Notes: generated by a model from the letters alone, not told the origin. Numbered from the stretch's first letter, positions 12,334 to 23,191 are shown. The stretch: DNA of 64,000 nucleotides from an uncultured Pelagibacteraceae bacterium (GCA_902594655.1 CACJMW010000003.1:12403-76402), one strand, 5' to 3'. Translations and numbers: made by a program.

Positions 12334-13257
12334 TCAATTGAATTCTAGGAGTGCGTTAACATGTTCATTTGCACTTTCAGCAAGAGCTTTAAGATCATAA
12401 CCGCCTTCAAGAATAGATACTACTTTTCCATTACAGAACTGTTTAGTAGTTTCCAAAACTCTTCTGGTTATCTCATAATAGTCTCTAGACTCTAAATTTA
12501 ATTGACACAAAGGATCATCTTTGTGAGCATCGAAACCTGCAGACATTAATATGAATTCAGGTTGAAATTCTTTTAGTCTTTTTAGCATATACTCATATGC
12601 ATCAAAATATTCTCTAGAACTCGTGCCTGCAGGCAATGGAATATTCAAAGCATTATTATGATCTCCCTTTTCATGCTCAGTACCTCCTCCTGGATAATAT
12701 GGATATTGATGCAAGCTAGAAAAAAAAACATTCTTATTTGACTTAAGAATATCGTAGGTTCCATTTCCAAAGTGACAATCCCAATCTAGCACGGCAATTT
12801 TTTCATATTTATATTTAGAAATCAAATAGTTTGCAGCAACACCAATATTATTAATTACACAAAAACCCATAGCTTTGCTTTTTTCAGCGTGATGACCTGG
12901 AGGTCTAGTAACACAATGAGCAGCTTCAAATTCTTTATTTTCTACACCATCGATTGCAGCTATTATTGAACCAACCGCATCAAATGTTGCAGCCTTGCTA
13001 CCCGGCGACACTACTGTGTCACCATCTAAAAAAACTAAACCTTTTTCGGGGAAAGCATTTTCAACTGTATCAACATAACTGGATGAATGTGCTTGTTTAA
13101 TAATATTTTTATCGAAACTAACTGGATTTTTCCAAATTAATTTTTTATTTTTTCTTAATGTTTCAACTATTGATGTCACTCTTGAGATACTTTCTGGGTG
13201 TCCAGAACCGGTATTGTGATTTAAAGAAGATTTAGAGTTAATTATTGCCGTTTTCAT
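12334..13257 (-). CDS. Histone deacetylase-family amidohydrolase
   Basis: HPES..R, RPPGHHA, GFC, DWDCHFGNGT, SAGFDAH..DPL, LEGGY. Confidence 0.92.
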   Translation of the reverse strand: MKTAIINSKSSLNHNTGSGHPESISRVTSIVETLRKNKKLIWKNPVSFDKNIIKQAHSSSYVDTVENAFPEKGLVFLDGDTVVSPGSKAATFDAVGSIIAAIDGVENKEFEAAHCVTRPPGHHAEKSKAMGFCVINNIGVAANYLISKYKYEKIAVLDWDCHFGNGTYDILKSNKNVFFSSLHQYPYYPGGGTEHEKGDHNNALNIPLPAGTSSREYFDAYEYMLKRLKEFQPEFILMSAGFDAHKDDPLCQLNLESRDYYEITRRVLETTKQFCNGKVVSILEGGYDLKALAESANEHVNALLEFN

Positions 13258-14395
13258 CAAAATAATTTTCTAAAATATTATAATAAATTTTAGTTAATTT
13301 TTTTAAATCTGAAATTGGTGATCTTTCATCAACCATATGTATTGTAGTATTTCTTAATCCCAGTTCCAATCTTGGAATTGGGCCTAAAAATCTACTATCA
13401 CTGGTACCACCTCTACAATTTAACTTCGCTGAATTGCCTGTAACCTTTTTAACAATTTTTTTGACCATATAAATTTCTTTATTTGGTTTAGTATAAAAAG
13501 CCTCACCACTTACTCTATATTCTATTTTTGTTTTACATTTTTCTTTTCTAGCAACTGAATTGATAATTTTACTTAACTTTTTCTTAAGGGAAGATGATTT
13601 ATGTTTAGAGTTAAATCTAACATTAAACTTTGCACTAGCAGCTTGAGGGACTACATTTTCAGATAAATTATCTACATTAATTTTTGTAAACTCTAGATTA
13701 GATGGAGGCATGAATCTAGTGCCACTGTCCAAAGTCGAACTTTTTAATTTTGAAATTACTTTAGCTAATGCTGTACATGGGTTGATGTAAGATCCAGCAA
13801 ATGCTGAGTGACCACTTTTACCATATACAGTTATTACTCCATTCATCGAACCACGTCTTCCAATTCTAATTTCATCTCCAACAGATCTATTTGAAGATGG
13901 TTCACCTACTATTGAGAAATCTATTTTTTCACCTCTTCTTTTGATATATTTCATAACCGCTGGACATCCATAGCCTGTGGTTTCTTCGTCTGCTGAAATA
14001 ATAATTGAGATAGATCCTTTAAAATTATTTTTTTTGATATAATTACTAACCGCGCTGATCCAACAAGCTATACCACCTTTCATATCTTGAGACCCTCTGC
14101 CATTTAAATATCCTTTTTTTACAACTGCTTTAAAAGGAGGAATCTTCCAATTATTAAGATTGGCCACTACATCTGTGTGTCCTAAAAAATTTATAAGAGG
14201 CTTTGATTTGCCAAATCTTGCATATAAGTTTAGCGCTGGTTTCGACCCAGTTCCTTTCGATTTTATTATTGTGCATTTAAATCCAATAGCATTAAGTTTT
14301 TTTGATAAGAAATTCATTATTCCTTTATCTTCAGTTTTAACTGTTGGAAATCTTATTAGCTCTTGAGCTAATTTTATTTCATTATAAGTTTTCAT
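13238..14395 (-). CDS. dapE: Succinyl-diaminopimelate desuccinylase
   Basis: GHTDVV, GRG..DMKGG, DEE, GEP, GRRGS, GGTSD; adjacent to dapD. Confidence 0.9.
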   Translation of the reverse strand: MKTYNEIKLAQELIRFPTVKTEDKGIMNFLSKKLNAIGFKCTIIKSKGTGSKPALNLYARFGKSKPLINFLGHTDVVANLNNWKIPPFKAVVKKGYLNGRGSQDMKGGIACWISAVSNYIKKNNFKGSISIIISADEETTGYGCPAVMKYIKRRGEKIDFSIVGEPSSNRSVGDEIRIGRRGSMNGVITVYGKSGHSAFAGSYINPCTALAKVISKLKSSTLDSGTRFMPPSNLEFTKINVDNLSENVVPQAASAKFNVRFNSKHKSSSLKKKLSKIINSVARKEKCKTKIEYRVSGEAFYTKPNKEIYMVKKIVKKVTGNSAKLNCRGGTSDSRFLGPIPRLELGLRNTTIHMVDERSPISDLKKLTKIYYNILENYFDENGNN

Positions 14396-14399
14396 TAAT

Positions 14400-15230
14400 T
14401 TATTCTCTTAAAAGATCGTTAATTGAAGTTTTTGATCTAGTTTTTTCATCAACTTGCTTAATTATTACCGCACAGCTTAATGACGGAGAAGATGGATTTT
14501 TCTTATCAGGTAAAGTACCTGGTACAATAACCGAATATGGCGGAATTTTTCCATATGTTACTTCACCTGTTGATCTATTAACAATTTTAGTAGATTGACC
14601 AATATACATTCCCATACTTAGCACTGACCCTTCTCCTACTATAACTCCTTCCACAACTTCAGACATAGCGCCTAGAAAAACGTTATCTTCAATTATTGTT
14701 GGAAGTGCTTGCGCTGGTTCTAGCACACCGCCCACGCCACTTCCTGCTGATATATGACAATTTTTTCCAATTTGGCAACAACTCCCAGCTCTTGCGAAAG
14801 TATCAATCATTGTACCTTCATCTATATAAGCACCAATGTTAACATAACATGGCATTAAAACCGCATTTTTTCCTACAAAAGATCCTTTTCTTACAGGGGA
14901 ATTAGGAACCATTCTAAACCCAGCTTTCTCATGATCGTTCTTTGTCCATCCTGCTGTTTTCCCTTTAAGTAGGTGAGCTTTATCGTACCAACTACTATAA
15001 GGACCATTTAAATTTTCCATAGGATAAATTCTAAAACTTAACATTATAGCTTTTTTTAGATACTGATGAGTTACCCATTCACCATTAATTTTTTCAGCAA
15101 CTCTAGATTTACCACTATCAAGATCTTCAATAACTTGATTAATCGCATCTTTTATTGATTTGTCAGAATTTTGATTAATTTTATCTTTTATTTCCCAAGC
15201 ATCATTTATGATTTTTTCTATATTGCCCAT
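14400..15230 (-). CDS. dapD: Tetrahydrodipicolinate N-succinyltransferase
   Basis: [37 protein letters not shown]. Confidence 0.96.
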   Translation of the reverse strand: MGNIEKIINDAWEIKDKINQNSDKSIKDAINQVIEDLDSGKSRVAEKINGEWVTHQYLKKAIMLSFRIYPMENLNGPYSSWYDKAHLLKGKTAGWTKNDHEKAGFRMVPNSPVRKGSFVGKNAVLMPCYVNIGAYIDEGTMIDTFARAGSCCQIGKNCHISAGSGVGGVLEPAQALPTIIEDNVFLGAMSEVVEGVIVGEGSVLSMGMYIGQSTKIVNRSTGEVTYGKIPPYSVIVPGTLPDKKNPSSPSLSCAVIIKQVDEKTRSKTSINDLLRE

Positions 15231-15234
15231 ATTT

Positions 15235-15924
15235 TTATTGTTCTTTTAATAACCTTATTTTTTTTAAAAATAAAGCAAGATTATCAATTTTATAATCTAC
15301 TACATCTTTATATTTATCAATATCATTTATTGGCTCATTATTGCTAAACCAAACTTTGATCATATTTTTTGCTGTTTCAGAAGTAAGATTTTTACAAATA
15401 TCCTCTACGTAAACAGTTTCTTCGTTAGTGGGTATTTGAAATTTATCACATAATAACTTAAGAGATTCTGGGTTTGGTTTTGGTTTGAAGTTAAAATCAA
15501 CAATATCCATTACTTTTCCTTCAAACAAATCTTCTATTCCTATTTTTGTCATACAGTTTAGCGCATGTTCCCTACTTCCATTTGTCGCACAATATGCCTT
15601 TACATCAAGTTTCAACAATTCATCTCTTAACTCTATATCTTTATCAAGACAGTCATAATTTATTTTATGAACAAACTTTAAAAATTCATGAGCATCAATT
15701 TTATCTGGGTGATTAATCAGAAGTCCATTTAATGAAGTATCATGTTTATAAAAATAGTCTGATTGAATTTCTTTCGCTTTAACTTTATCAATTCCAAGTT
15801 TTAACGCTATAAACTCTGTCATTCTAGCCGATACTTGACCAAATAAAGTTTTTAAAAATTTAGGATGATATACACAACCATCCATATCAAGAATTAGATA
15901 TTTTACTTTTTTTAGATCTTTCAT
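15235..15924 (-). CDS. HAD-family pyrimidine 5'-nucleotidase-like hydrolase
   Basis: DMDGC motif I, TNGS..HA, KPKP, VED..KNL; usual position between argB and dapD. Confidence 0.8.
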   Translation of the reverse strand: MKDLKKVKYLILDMDGCVYHPKFLKTLFGQVSARMTEFIALKLGIDKVKAKEIQSDYFYKHDTSLNGLLINHPDKIDAHEFLKFVHKINYDCLDKDIELRDELLKLDVKAYCATNGSREHALNCMTKIGIEDLFEGKVMDIVDFNFKPKPNPESLKLLCDKFQIPTNEETVYVEDICKNLTSETAKNMIKVWFSNNEPINDIDKYKDVVDYKIDNLALFLKKIRLLKEQ

Positions 15925-16766
15925 TTTCTGATCAATGTTCCAGCACCCTTATCAGAAAAAATCTCAAATAAAATTGAATGAGGTTTTCTTCCATCAACAA
16001 TTACTACGCCTGTAACTCCGTTATTTACAGCATCAAGGCATGTATTAATTTTAGGTATCATGCCTCCTGTTATAGTTTCATCTTCAATCATTTTTAATAT
16101 TTCCGATGATGTAACTTCTTCTATTAATTTTTTTTGTTTATCTAATACTCCTTCTATATTTGTCATTAAAATTAATCTCCTTGCTTTTAATGATTTTGCT
16201 ATAGAACCTGCTGCCGTATCTCCATTTATATTATATGTTTGATTACCTTTTAGTCCCAAGGGAGAGATAATAGGAACTATATTTTTGTCTAATAAATTTA
16301 ATATTATATCATTATTGATTTTATTTGGTTTTCCAACAAATCCAAGTTCTTCAGACTCTGGAATAATTTCTATAATACTATTTTTTTTAGTGTGAATTGA
16401 AATTGCATCTGTATTTTTTTTTTTCAAGGAGTCTACAATATCATTATTAAAATCGATTAAAACATCTTCAACTACATTTATAATTTTTTCGTCAGTAACT
16501 CTTAGACCTCTTATAAATTTAGATTGTATATTTGATTTATCTAATTCTCTTTTAATTCTTGGTCCACCTCCGTGAATTACTACGATTGATAAACCTAATT
16601 TATTTAATACACTTATATCCTCGATAAAATTATTGAATATATCTCTATCTATAAAAACGTTTCCTCCATATTTAATAACTATTAAGTCGTTTTTATATTT
16701 ATCAATGTATTTATTTACTTCATTGATGGATGGACCATCTATGGGCAACAAATCTTCTATTTTCAT
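15921..16766 (-). CDS. argB: Acetylglutamate kinase
   Basis: VIKYGGN, HGGGP, GLRVTD, NINGD, GGMIPK. Confidence 0.96.
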   Translation of the reverse strand: MKIEDLLPIDGPSINEVNKYIDKYKNDLIVIKYGGNVFIDRDIFNNFIEDISVLNKLGLSIVVIHGGGPRIKRELDKSNIQSKFIRGLRVTDEKIINVVEDVLIDFNNDIVDSLKKKNTDAISIHTKKNSIIEIIPESEELGFVGKPNKINNDIILNLLDKNIVPIISPLGLKGNQTYNINGDTAAGSIAKSLKARRLILMTNIEGVLDKQKKLIEEVTSSEILKMIEDETITGGMIPKINTCLDAVNNGVTGVVIVDGRKPHSILFEIFSDKGAGTLIRK

Positions 16767-16769
16767 CTT

Positions 16770-18455
16770 TTATACTTGAGTTTTAACAGTTGTTTTTCTC
16801 ATAATAACAACTTGCTGCATCATTGTGAAAATATTATTAAATGTCCAATATATAACTAATCCACTCGGGAATGGAGCCAATATTACAGTTAGGAATAATG
16901 GGAAAAACATAAATATCTTTGCTTGAATTGGATCGGGCGGTGCTGGGTTTAATTTTTGTTGTAGATACATCGTAAGACCCATCAAGCACGGCCAGGCACC
17001 AATAACCAAAAAGTTTGGCACGTCAAATGGTATCAATCCAAATACATTAAAAATGCTAGTAGGATCTCTTTCACTCAAGTCATTTATCCATCCAAAAAAT
17101 GGCTGATGTCTCATTTCAATTGTTACAAATAACATCTTATAAATTGCAAAGAAAAATGGGATCTGAAGCAAGATTGGAAAACACCCACTCAAAGGATTCA
17201 CTTTTTCTCTTCGGTACAAAGCCATCATTTCTTGTTGCAACTTTACCTTATCCTCTTTGTGAAGTTCTTTAAGTCTTGCCATTTCAGGCTGTAATAATTT
17301 CATACGCGCCATTGATTTAAATGACATATTTGCAAGCGGAAAAAACGCAATTCTTATGCAAATAGTGATTAAAATAATTGCTATTCCAAAATTTCCTGAA
17401 AGTTCAAAAAAATAATCTATTGCAAAAAATAGGGGCTTTACTAACCAATAAAACCATCCCCAATCAATTACTAAGTCGAATTTACTTATATTTTGATTTT
17501 CTGCATATCCATCGATTATACTGACCTCTTTTGCAGCTACTATAACTTTAAATTTATTTGTTTTAGTTTCATTTGCACCAACAATAGTTGGTTTTTTTTC
17601 TATAAAGCTTGCTTTAAATTTATTTTTGTAGTCAAAGTCAGCTCTAAATGATTTATTTTGCTCAGGTATAATACTTGCTACCCAGTACTTATCTACAATT
17701 GCAACATATCCTTCTTCAGCATTTTTTGAAAATGATTTTTCTTCAATATCGTCATAGTCTTCTTCGACTAAATTTCCATCAAGAACACCAAGCAAACCTT
17801 CATGCAAAATGTAAAAGTTTGTTACCTCTGGAGCAGTATTTCTTATTACTTGTCCGTAAGGATAAAAATTGTATGTTTTTTCAGAATTATTAATTATTTT
17901 TTGTTCGATGTTGAATAAAAATTTATCATCAAGTTTTATAACTTTTTCAAATATAATATTATTGTTATTCGTCCATCTTAATTTTACCGGAGTATTTGGA
18001 GTAAGTTTATTGTTTCCATCAATACTCCAAATTGTATTACTATTTGGTGTTTCAATTTCATTGTTGTTAATAGCCCATCCAGAGTCTATATAATAACCAG
18101 TTTTAATTTCTTTTGGATTTAATAAGGTAACCTTTTCTTTTCCTTTAACAGAGGTTGTGTAATTTTTAAATGTTAAATCGTCTATAATTGCTCCGTTTAA
18201 TGAAATAGATCCAATTATATTTTCATTTTCAAAAATAATTCTTTCACTTTCGTTAATCGCATTTTCTCTAGTTATTACTTTTATTTCTTCGTTTTCAATT
18301 AATTTTGGAGCATCTTCGTTTTGCACAAGTTCATTACTGTCTATTTCTAGCTGATCTTCTTTTGCTTGTTGAGGATCTGGTGCAAAAAACAAACCCCAAA
18401 GTACTATTATCGCAGCACTTAAGGACACAGCAGCTAAAGTATTTTTCAAATCCAC
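16770..18455 (-). CDS. yidC: Membrane protein insertase YidC
   Basis: IDWGWF, GNFGIAII, NPLSGCFPILLQIP, GLVIYW. Confidence 0.97.
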   Translation of the reverse strand: MDLKNTLAAVSLSAAIIVLWGLFFAPDPQQAKEDQLEIDSNELVQNEDAPKLIENEEIKVITRENAINESERIIFENENIIGSISLNGAIIDDLTFKNYTTSVKGKEKVTLLNPKEIKTGYYIDSGWAINNNEIETPNSNTIWSIDGNNKLTPNTPVKLRWTNNNNIIFEKVIKLDDKFLFNIEQKIINNSEKTYNFYPYGQVIRNTAPEVTNFYILHEGLLGVLDGNLVEEDYDDIEEKSFSKNAEEGYVAIVDKYWVASIIPEQNKSFRADFDYKNKFKASFIEKKPTIVGANETKTNKFKVIVAAKEVSIIDGYAENQNISKFDLVIDWGWFYWLVKPLFFAIDYFFELSGNFGIAIILITICIRIAFFPLANMSFKSMARMKLLQPEMARLKELHKEDKVKLQQEMMALYRREKVNPLSGCFPILLQIPFFFAIYKMLFVTIEMRHQPFFGWINDLSERDPTSIFNVFGLIPFDVPNFLVIGAWPCLMGLTMYLQQKLNPAPPDPIQAKIFMFFPLFLTVILAPFPSGLVIYWTFNNIFTMMQQVVIMRKTTVKTQV

Positions 18456-18679
18456 TAATTTTTACCTTTCTTTACAGGATCATAGCCATGTCCTCCAAAT
18501 GGATGACAAGAAAATATTCTTTTCAAACCTTTTACAGAACCTTTAATAACGCCATATTCATTTAAGCAATCAATAAAATATTCTGAGCATGTTGGAAGAT
18601 ATCTACAAGTTGGACCTATAATTGGAGATAAAATTATTTTATAAATTTTAATTAAAAAAATTAATATAGTTTTAATCAT
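18455..18679 (-). CDS. yidD: Membrane protein insertion efficiency factor YidD
   Basis: CRYLPTCSEY, RI..CHPF.GHGYDPV. Confidence 0.93.
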   Translation of the reverse strand: MIKTILIFLIKIYKIILSPIIGPTCRYLPTCSEYFIDCLNEYGVIKGSVKGLKRIFSCHPFGGHGYDPVKKGKN

Positions 18680-19017
18680 CTTACTTTTGTTAAATCCTTA
18701 AAAATTGAGTCTTTTATAATTTTATAATTAGCATCATAGATATTTTTTTTTGCAATAAATAAATAAGAATAATTTAAGTTCATATTTATGTTTTTTACTG
18801 CATCCCTCATAATATTTCTTAATCTTCTTTTAATTTTATTTCTTTTAACAGCGTTTCCAATTTTTCTCTTAGTTACAAAACTAACATTTAGCAACTTATT
18901 ATTTTTAGAGGAAATTTTTTTAAAAAAAATTGTAGAGTATGTATTTGTTATCTTTCTACCTTTTAATAAATTTTTAAAATCTTCACTCTTTGAAAGGCTT
19001 AAGATTTTACTCTTCAT
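18676..19017 (-). CDS. rnpA: RNase P protein component
   Basis: RNR-type motif KIGNAVKRNKIKRRLR; position in the rpmH-rnpA-yidD-yidC operon. Confidence 0.93.
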   Translation of the reverse strand: MKSKILSLSKSEDFKNLLKGRKITNTYSTIFFKKISSKNNKLLNVSFVTKRKIGNAVKRNKIKRRLRNIMRDAVKNINMNLNYSYLFIAKKNIYDANYKIIKDSIFKDLTKVR

Positions 19018-19151
19018 TAAACTGAAAGTTTTTTTCTTCCTTTTTTTCTTCTATTTTTTAGAACCTTTTGCCTTTTTTTAGTAGACATTCTAGATCTAAA
19101 ACCATGTTTTCTTTTTCTTTTTACTCTACTTGGATGCCAGGTTCTTTTCAT
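19017..19151 (-). CDS. rpmH: 50S ribosomal protein L34 (44 aa; below the ORF-track cutoff)
   Basis: Hand translation [44 protein letters not shown]; stop overlaps the rnpA ATG (TAATG). Confidence 0.95.
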   Translation of the reverse strand: MKRTWHPSRVKRKRKHGFRSRMSTKKRQKVLKNRRKKGRKKLSV

Positions 19152-19233
19152 AGGTCATTATTTTATTGTTAAAATTTCGTTCTTATAGAAAATAAAACTA
19201 TATAAGTACAGGTATTTTTAATAAATTATTACA

Positions 19234-19956
19234 ATGAACAATACAAAAAATATCAAATTAATTATAGGAATTACATACTTGTTGATAATTTCAATTTTTT
19301 TATGGTTTTTTTTTAAAAATTTCTCAATTCAGGATTTCACAAGTTATGAGCTAATAAAAACTAACAGAGATATTTTAGAGGGAGTAAAAGAGCGTAATAT
19401 TTTCTTATCAAGTTTATTGTTCTTATTAGGAACAATTATTTGGGTATTACTTTTAGGATTTGGATCTCCTATATTTCTTGTAGGTGGATTTGTATTTGGA
19501 AAATGGTTAGGAGCATTTTTAGTGATATTTGGTTTATCTACTGGTGCAACTTTTTTATATCTTTTTGCAAATTATTTTTTTAAAGATTTAATTGAGGATA
19601 AGTTTTCACATCGATTTAATAACTTAACAAGTAAATTTAAAAAAAATGAGTTTATATTTTTTTTAATTTATAGATTTGTTGGTGGAATTCCATTTTTTAT
19701 TTCAAATATTTTGCCTACTTTATTTAATATAAAAGTTAAAAATTTTTTCTTTGGATCGCTAATAGGAATGGCCCCCCAGCTTTTTGTTGGCGTATCACTG
19801 GGCGCAGGAATAAATAAAATATTAGAAGAAAACAACAATCCTCCAACAATAATAGAATTAATTTTGTCTTCTGATATATATATTCCAATTTTAGCTTTTT
19901 TATTTTTAATAATACTAGCAATTCTTTTAAGAAAAAAATTTATAAATGACCTCTAA
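19234..19956 (+). CDS. TVP38/TMEM64 (DedA/SNARE-associated) membrane protein
   Basis: Multi-TM; GG.VFG..LG, YRFVGGIPF..SN motifs. Confidence 0.8.
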   Translation: MNNTKNIKLIIGITYLLIISIFLWFFFKNFSIQDFTSYELIKTNRDILEGVKERNIFLSSLLFLLGTIIWVLLLGFGSPIFLVGGFVFGKWLGAFLVIFGLSTGATFLYLFANYFFKDLIEDKFSHRFNNLTSKFKKNEFIFFLIYRFVGGIPFFISNILPTLFNIKVKNFFFGSLIGMAPQLFVGVSLGAGINKILEENNNPPTIIELILSSDIYIPILAFLFLIILAILLRKKFINDL

Positions 19957-21136
19957 TAAAATAACTTAGAGTTTTATAGGGAATTCGATATCCTGGAAAT
20001 GAAGCAACATCTCCAGTTATAGATGTTTTCTGATTCCAGCCAAAGCAAAACAAAATAAACAAAACTATAAAAAATTTTTTGTTAATTTTATTTAAGAAAT
20101 GATTGTTTAATCTTGAATTAAGTTTAATGAGATCGTTTCTGAATAAGTAAAAGTAAAAAATTGCTGTAAATACATACGAAATATTAACCCATCTTCCCCA
20201 ATCATATCCCATGGCAAATAAAATTATTACTGGACTTAAACATAGCAAAACAGGAGATAATAAGTTTTTAAATTTTTTTAAGAAAAAGATATTTTGATTT
20301 GTAGCAATTGAATTTTTTAATAATAAAAAAATTGGAAAAAAACCAATAATTATAATTAAGATATATCTAAAAGTAGTTTCAAAAGTGTATACTTTATATT
20401 GTTCGAATTGCTGCAAAATTGTTGATTTAGATTTTAATAATGCGCATGACATATAGCAGTTTTCATTGAATTCGTTTTTTAAAGCTAACCGCATCACATC
20501 ATGACCTTCAGCAGAAATTGGGTTAAAAACAAAATGTAAACCAATTAAAATACCTGGTATTAACATAGAGATTTTAAGTAAAATAAGATTTATCTGTTTT
20601 ATATTATTTTCTATTATTTCTAATAACAAAATAATTGGTACAAAAAAAACTGTAGGTTCCCATATTAATATAGCAAGTAAAAAAAACATCATTAGAGAAA
20701 AGTTTTTTAAAACACTATCTTTTGGAATAAATAAATAAGAAATATAAATAGAAAAAATTATTATTTCCTTTCTTGCCAAAACCTCGATTTCAGCCACTGG
20801 ATATAAAATAAATATTGGTGTGAATATTGCGAACAACATTATACGATTGTAATATTTATTTTTAAATAAATTAAAAAGAAGAACAAAGTATATTGAGCAG
20901 GCAGAAACTTGCAGTAAATAAATAACAAATCTTAATTCAGCATCAAATAATCTCGAAAAATAAATTGCAATTTGGCCAATTAAACCACGCTTAGTAAAGC
21001 CTCCTTCATAGTTTATGAACCACTCTGAAATAGTTGAGTCATTTGCAACTGGGTATTTTATATAAAGAAAAAAAAATGAGAAAAATAATAAAGAAGTTAA
21101 ATATAATATAAGTTTGTTGTTAATATTTTTTTCCAT
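19940..21136 (-). CDS. Polytopic membrane protein, possibly a GT-C-like surface-glycan transferase
   Basis: Many TM helices; WFINYEGGFTKRGLIG, RKE and DWGRW motifs; beside sugar-nucleotide genes. Function is inferred. Confidence 0.55.
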   Translation of the reverse strand: MEKNINNKLILYLTSLLFFSFFFLYIKYPVANDSTISEWFINYEGGFTKRGLIGQIAIYFSRLFDAELRFVIYLLQVSACSIYFVLLFNLFKNKYYNRIMLFAIFTPIFILYPVAEIEVLARKEIIIFSIYISYLFIPKDSVLKNFSLMMFFLLAILIWEPTVFFVPIILLLEIIENNIKQINLILLKISMLIPGILIGLHFVFNPISAEGHDVMRLALKNEFNENCYMSCALLKSKSTILQQFEQYKVYTFETTFRYILIIIIGFFPIFLLLKNSIATNQNIFFLKKFKNLLSPVLLCLSPVIILFAMGYDWGRWVNISYVFTAIFYFYLFRNDLIKLNSRLNNHFLNKINKKFFIVLFILFCFGWNQKTSITGDVASFPGYRIPYKTLSYFIRGHL

Positions 21137-22079
21137 GTAAGTAAAACTTGATTAATCTTATTATAATTTTTTTTCCATAAATTAAATAGTTATGTGTAAT
21201 TTTATTTGATTTAAAAGATTTTATAGCATTTGATTTTTTAATTTTAAAATCATCTGGTCTTAAATAGTTTCGGCTTTTCACAACATAATTTTTATAATCT
21301 AAATGAAAATAACTAAAAGCAAAATTAAGCATATCTTTAGCAGTAAATAACTTTTGATTTGATAATATAAAATCCTGTGGTTTTTTTGTTAAAAATTTCA
21401 AAATATTTTTTACTTGCTCTTCACACCAATTCCACTCTCTTGCAACATTTAAATTTCCAAAATTTGTTTTTAAATCATTTTTATACGCTCTTATAGCTGC
21501 TAGACAAATTTTTGGTATTAGATAATTTTTATTTCTAAGGTATGACTCTGTATTAAAAATAATTGCGTTATAGGATTTAATTTTATATTTCTCTCGATAT
21601 TTTTTAGTTATGTTTAATGATAGTAATTTAGATTTTCCATATGGGCTAATCGGTTTTTTTCTTGAGTAAATATCTATTTTCTTATTTGTTTTTGCAAATA
21701 TTTCACTTGAACTTGAATTTAAAAATTTACAGTTTAATTTTTTAATTCGAATGAGCTCTAAAAAATTTTTGCAGCCTACAAAATTACTTAAGTAGGTTTC
21801 TTTGACCGTTTTAAAAGATAATCCAGGTGAACTTTGACCAGCAAAATAAAATATAAAGTTTGGTTTAAATTTAGAAAGAATTTTATTTATCTGATCAGTT
21901 TTAAGAACATCTAATTTAACAATTTTAAGATTTTTATTTATTATATTAATTTTTTTTTTTGCTCTATTAATATTTCTAGTAGTTACTATTACCTGATGTT
22001 TTTTTTTAATAAGTAGCCTAGATAAAGTCACTCCAAATTGGCCTGAACCGCCGACTATAATTGATATTTTTTTTTTCAA
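21120..22079 (-). CDS. GDP-mannose 4,6-dehydratase-like NAD-dependent epimerase/dehydratase
   Basis: GGSGQFG, AGQSS...SF, SSSEIF, PISPYGKSK, FN.ES..R, GNL...REW. Confidence 0.8.
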   Translation of the reverse strand: MKKKISIIVGGSGQFGVTLSRLLIKKKHQVIVTTRNINRAKKKINIINKNLKIVKLDVLKTDQINKILSKFKPNFIFYFAGQSSPGLSFKTVKETYLSNFVGCKNFLELIRIKKLNCKFLNSSSSEIFAKTNKKIDIYSRKKPISPYGKSKLLSLNITKKYREKYKIKSYNAIIFNTESYLRNKNYLIPKICLAAIRAYKNDLKTNFGNLNVAREWNWCEEQVKNILKFLTKKPQDFILSNQKLFTAKDMLNFAFSYFHLDYKNYVVKSRNYLRPDDFKIKKSNAIKSFKSNKITHNYLIYGKKIIIRLIKFYLHGKKY

Positions 22080-22094
22080 AGCTATATTCCTGTT

Positions 22095-22805
22095 GTGAAT
22101 AAAGATAAAAAAATATTAGTTTTTACTGCAACTTACAATGAAAAAGAGAACATTGAAAAATTAATTTTAAATATAAATAGCAATTTACCCGCAGCCTCAA
22201 TACTCATAATAGATGATAATTCACCTGACGGAACAGGTATTGTTGTAAAAAAAATACAAGATCAAATTAACAAACTATTTCTTATATCTAGAAATAAAAA
22301 GTTAGGTTTAGATAGTGCGCATAAATTAGCTTATAAATATTCTCTAGATAATGGATTTGACTATCTAATAACTATGGATGCAGATTTTTCTCATGATCCA
22401 TCAGAACTTCCTAACATTGTAAATCATTTAAATCTTCATCCTTTTGTTTTAGGCTCAAGGTATATTAGAGGTGGAAAATGTTTAATGAAAGGGAGTAGAT
22501 TGTTCATGAGTTTTCTTGGTAATAAATTAATTAAGATTATTTCAGGCATTAATTCTAATGAATTTACCACTTCTTTTAGAGGCTTTAATTTAAAGAGTTT
22601 AGGAAATTTCAATTTAAATAATGTTGAATATAAGGGATATAGTTTTTTTATGGGTACGATTTTTGAATTATATAACTCTAAGATTAATATAAAAGAAATC
22701 CCTATAATATTTAAAGATAGAGAAAAAGGTATTTCTAAAATTCCAAAATTAGAAATACTTAGAACACTAAAAAATTTAGGAATTTTTTATTTAAAGAAAT
22801 TTTAA
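22095..22805 (+). CDS. GT2 polyprenol-phosphate mannosyltransferase-like glycosyltransferase
   Basis: TYNEKENI, DDNSPDGT, MDADFSHDP, GSRY, EIPI.F.DR..G.SK. Confidence 0.88.
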   Translation: MNKDKKILVFTATYNEKENIEKLILNINSNLPAASILIIDDNSPDGTGIVVKKIQDQINKLFLISRNKKLGLDSAHKLAYKYSLDNGFDYLITMDADFSHDPSELPNIVNHLNLHPFVLGSRYIRGGKCLMKGSRLFMSFLGNKLIKIISGINSNEFTTSFRGFNLKSLGNFNLNNVEYKGYSFFMGTIFELYNSKINIKEIPIIFKDREKGISKIPKLEILRTLKNLGIFYLKKF

Positions 22806-22810
22806 TTTAT

Positions 22811-22887
22811 TGGTGCCCTGACCCAGAATCGAACTGGGAACTGACCCTTACCAAGGGCCTGTTTTAACCATTAGAAACTATCAGGGC
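22811..22887 (-). tRNA. tRNA-Thr(GGT)
   Basis: Reverse complement GCCCTGA...GGCCC-TTGGTAA-GGGTC...CCCAG-TTCGATT-CTGGG-TCAGGGC-A-CCA; cloverleaf with encoded CCA. Confidence 0.93.
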
Positions 22888-22971
22888 CTTAATTCTTAAT
22901 ATTATATAAAACTAAATTTGACAAACTATTGACTTAATTTATAAGTAATAGTTATCTAAAGGAATGATGCC

Positions 22972-23184
22972 ATGGGAATACACTATGATTACAAAAGCAC
23001 CAGAGGTGCTAAAGCTATGGAAAAACAAGCCAAGAGAGAGAAAAAGCTTGCCGAGAAAAGAGCCAAGAAACAAGCAAAAGCTCAAGAAAAAGGTTTAGTA
23101 GAAAAAGCAAAAAAAGAAGACCAAACAATTCCTTTAGATACGATAATCACTCTAGACCATTTAACAAATCCAGAAAAAAAATAA
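22972..23184 (+). CDS. Small Lys/Glu/Ala-rich hypothetical protein
   Basis: 70-aa ORF preceded by AAGGA SD and TTGACA/TTGACT -35-like boxes (22918, 22929). Confidence 0.7.
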   Translation: MGIHYDYKSTRGAKAMEKQAKREKKLAEKRAKKQAKAQEKGLVEKAKKEDQTIPLDTIITLDHLTNPEKK

Positions 23185-23191
23185 GTATTTC

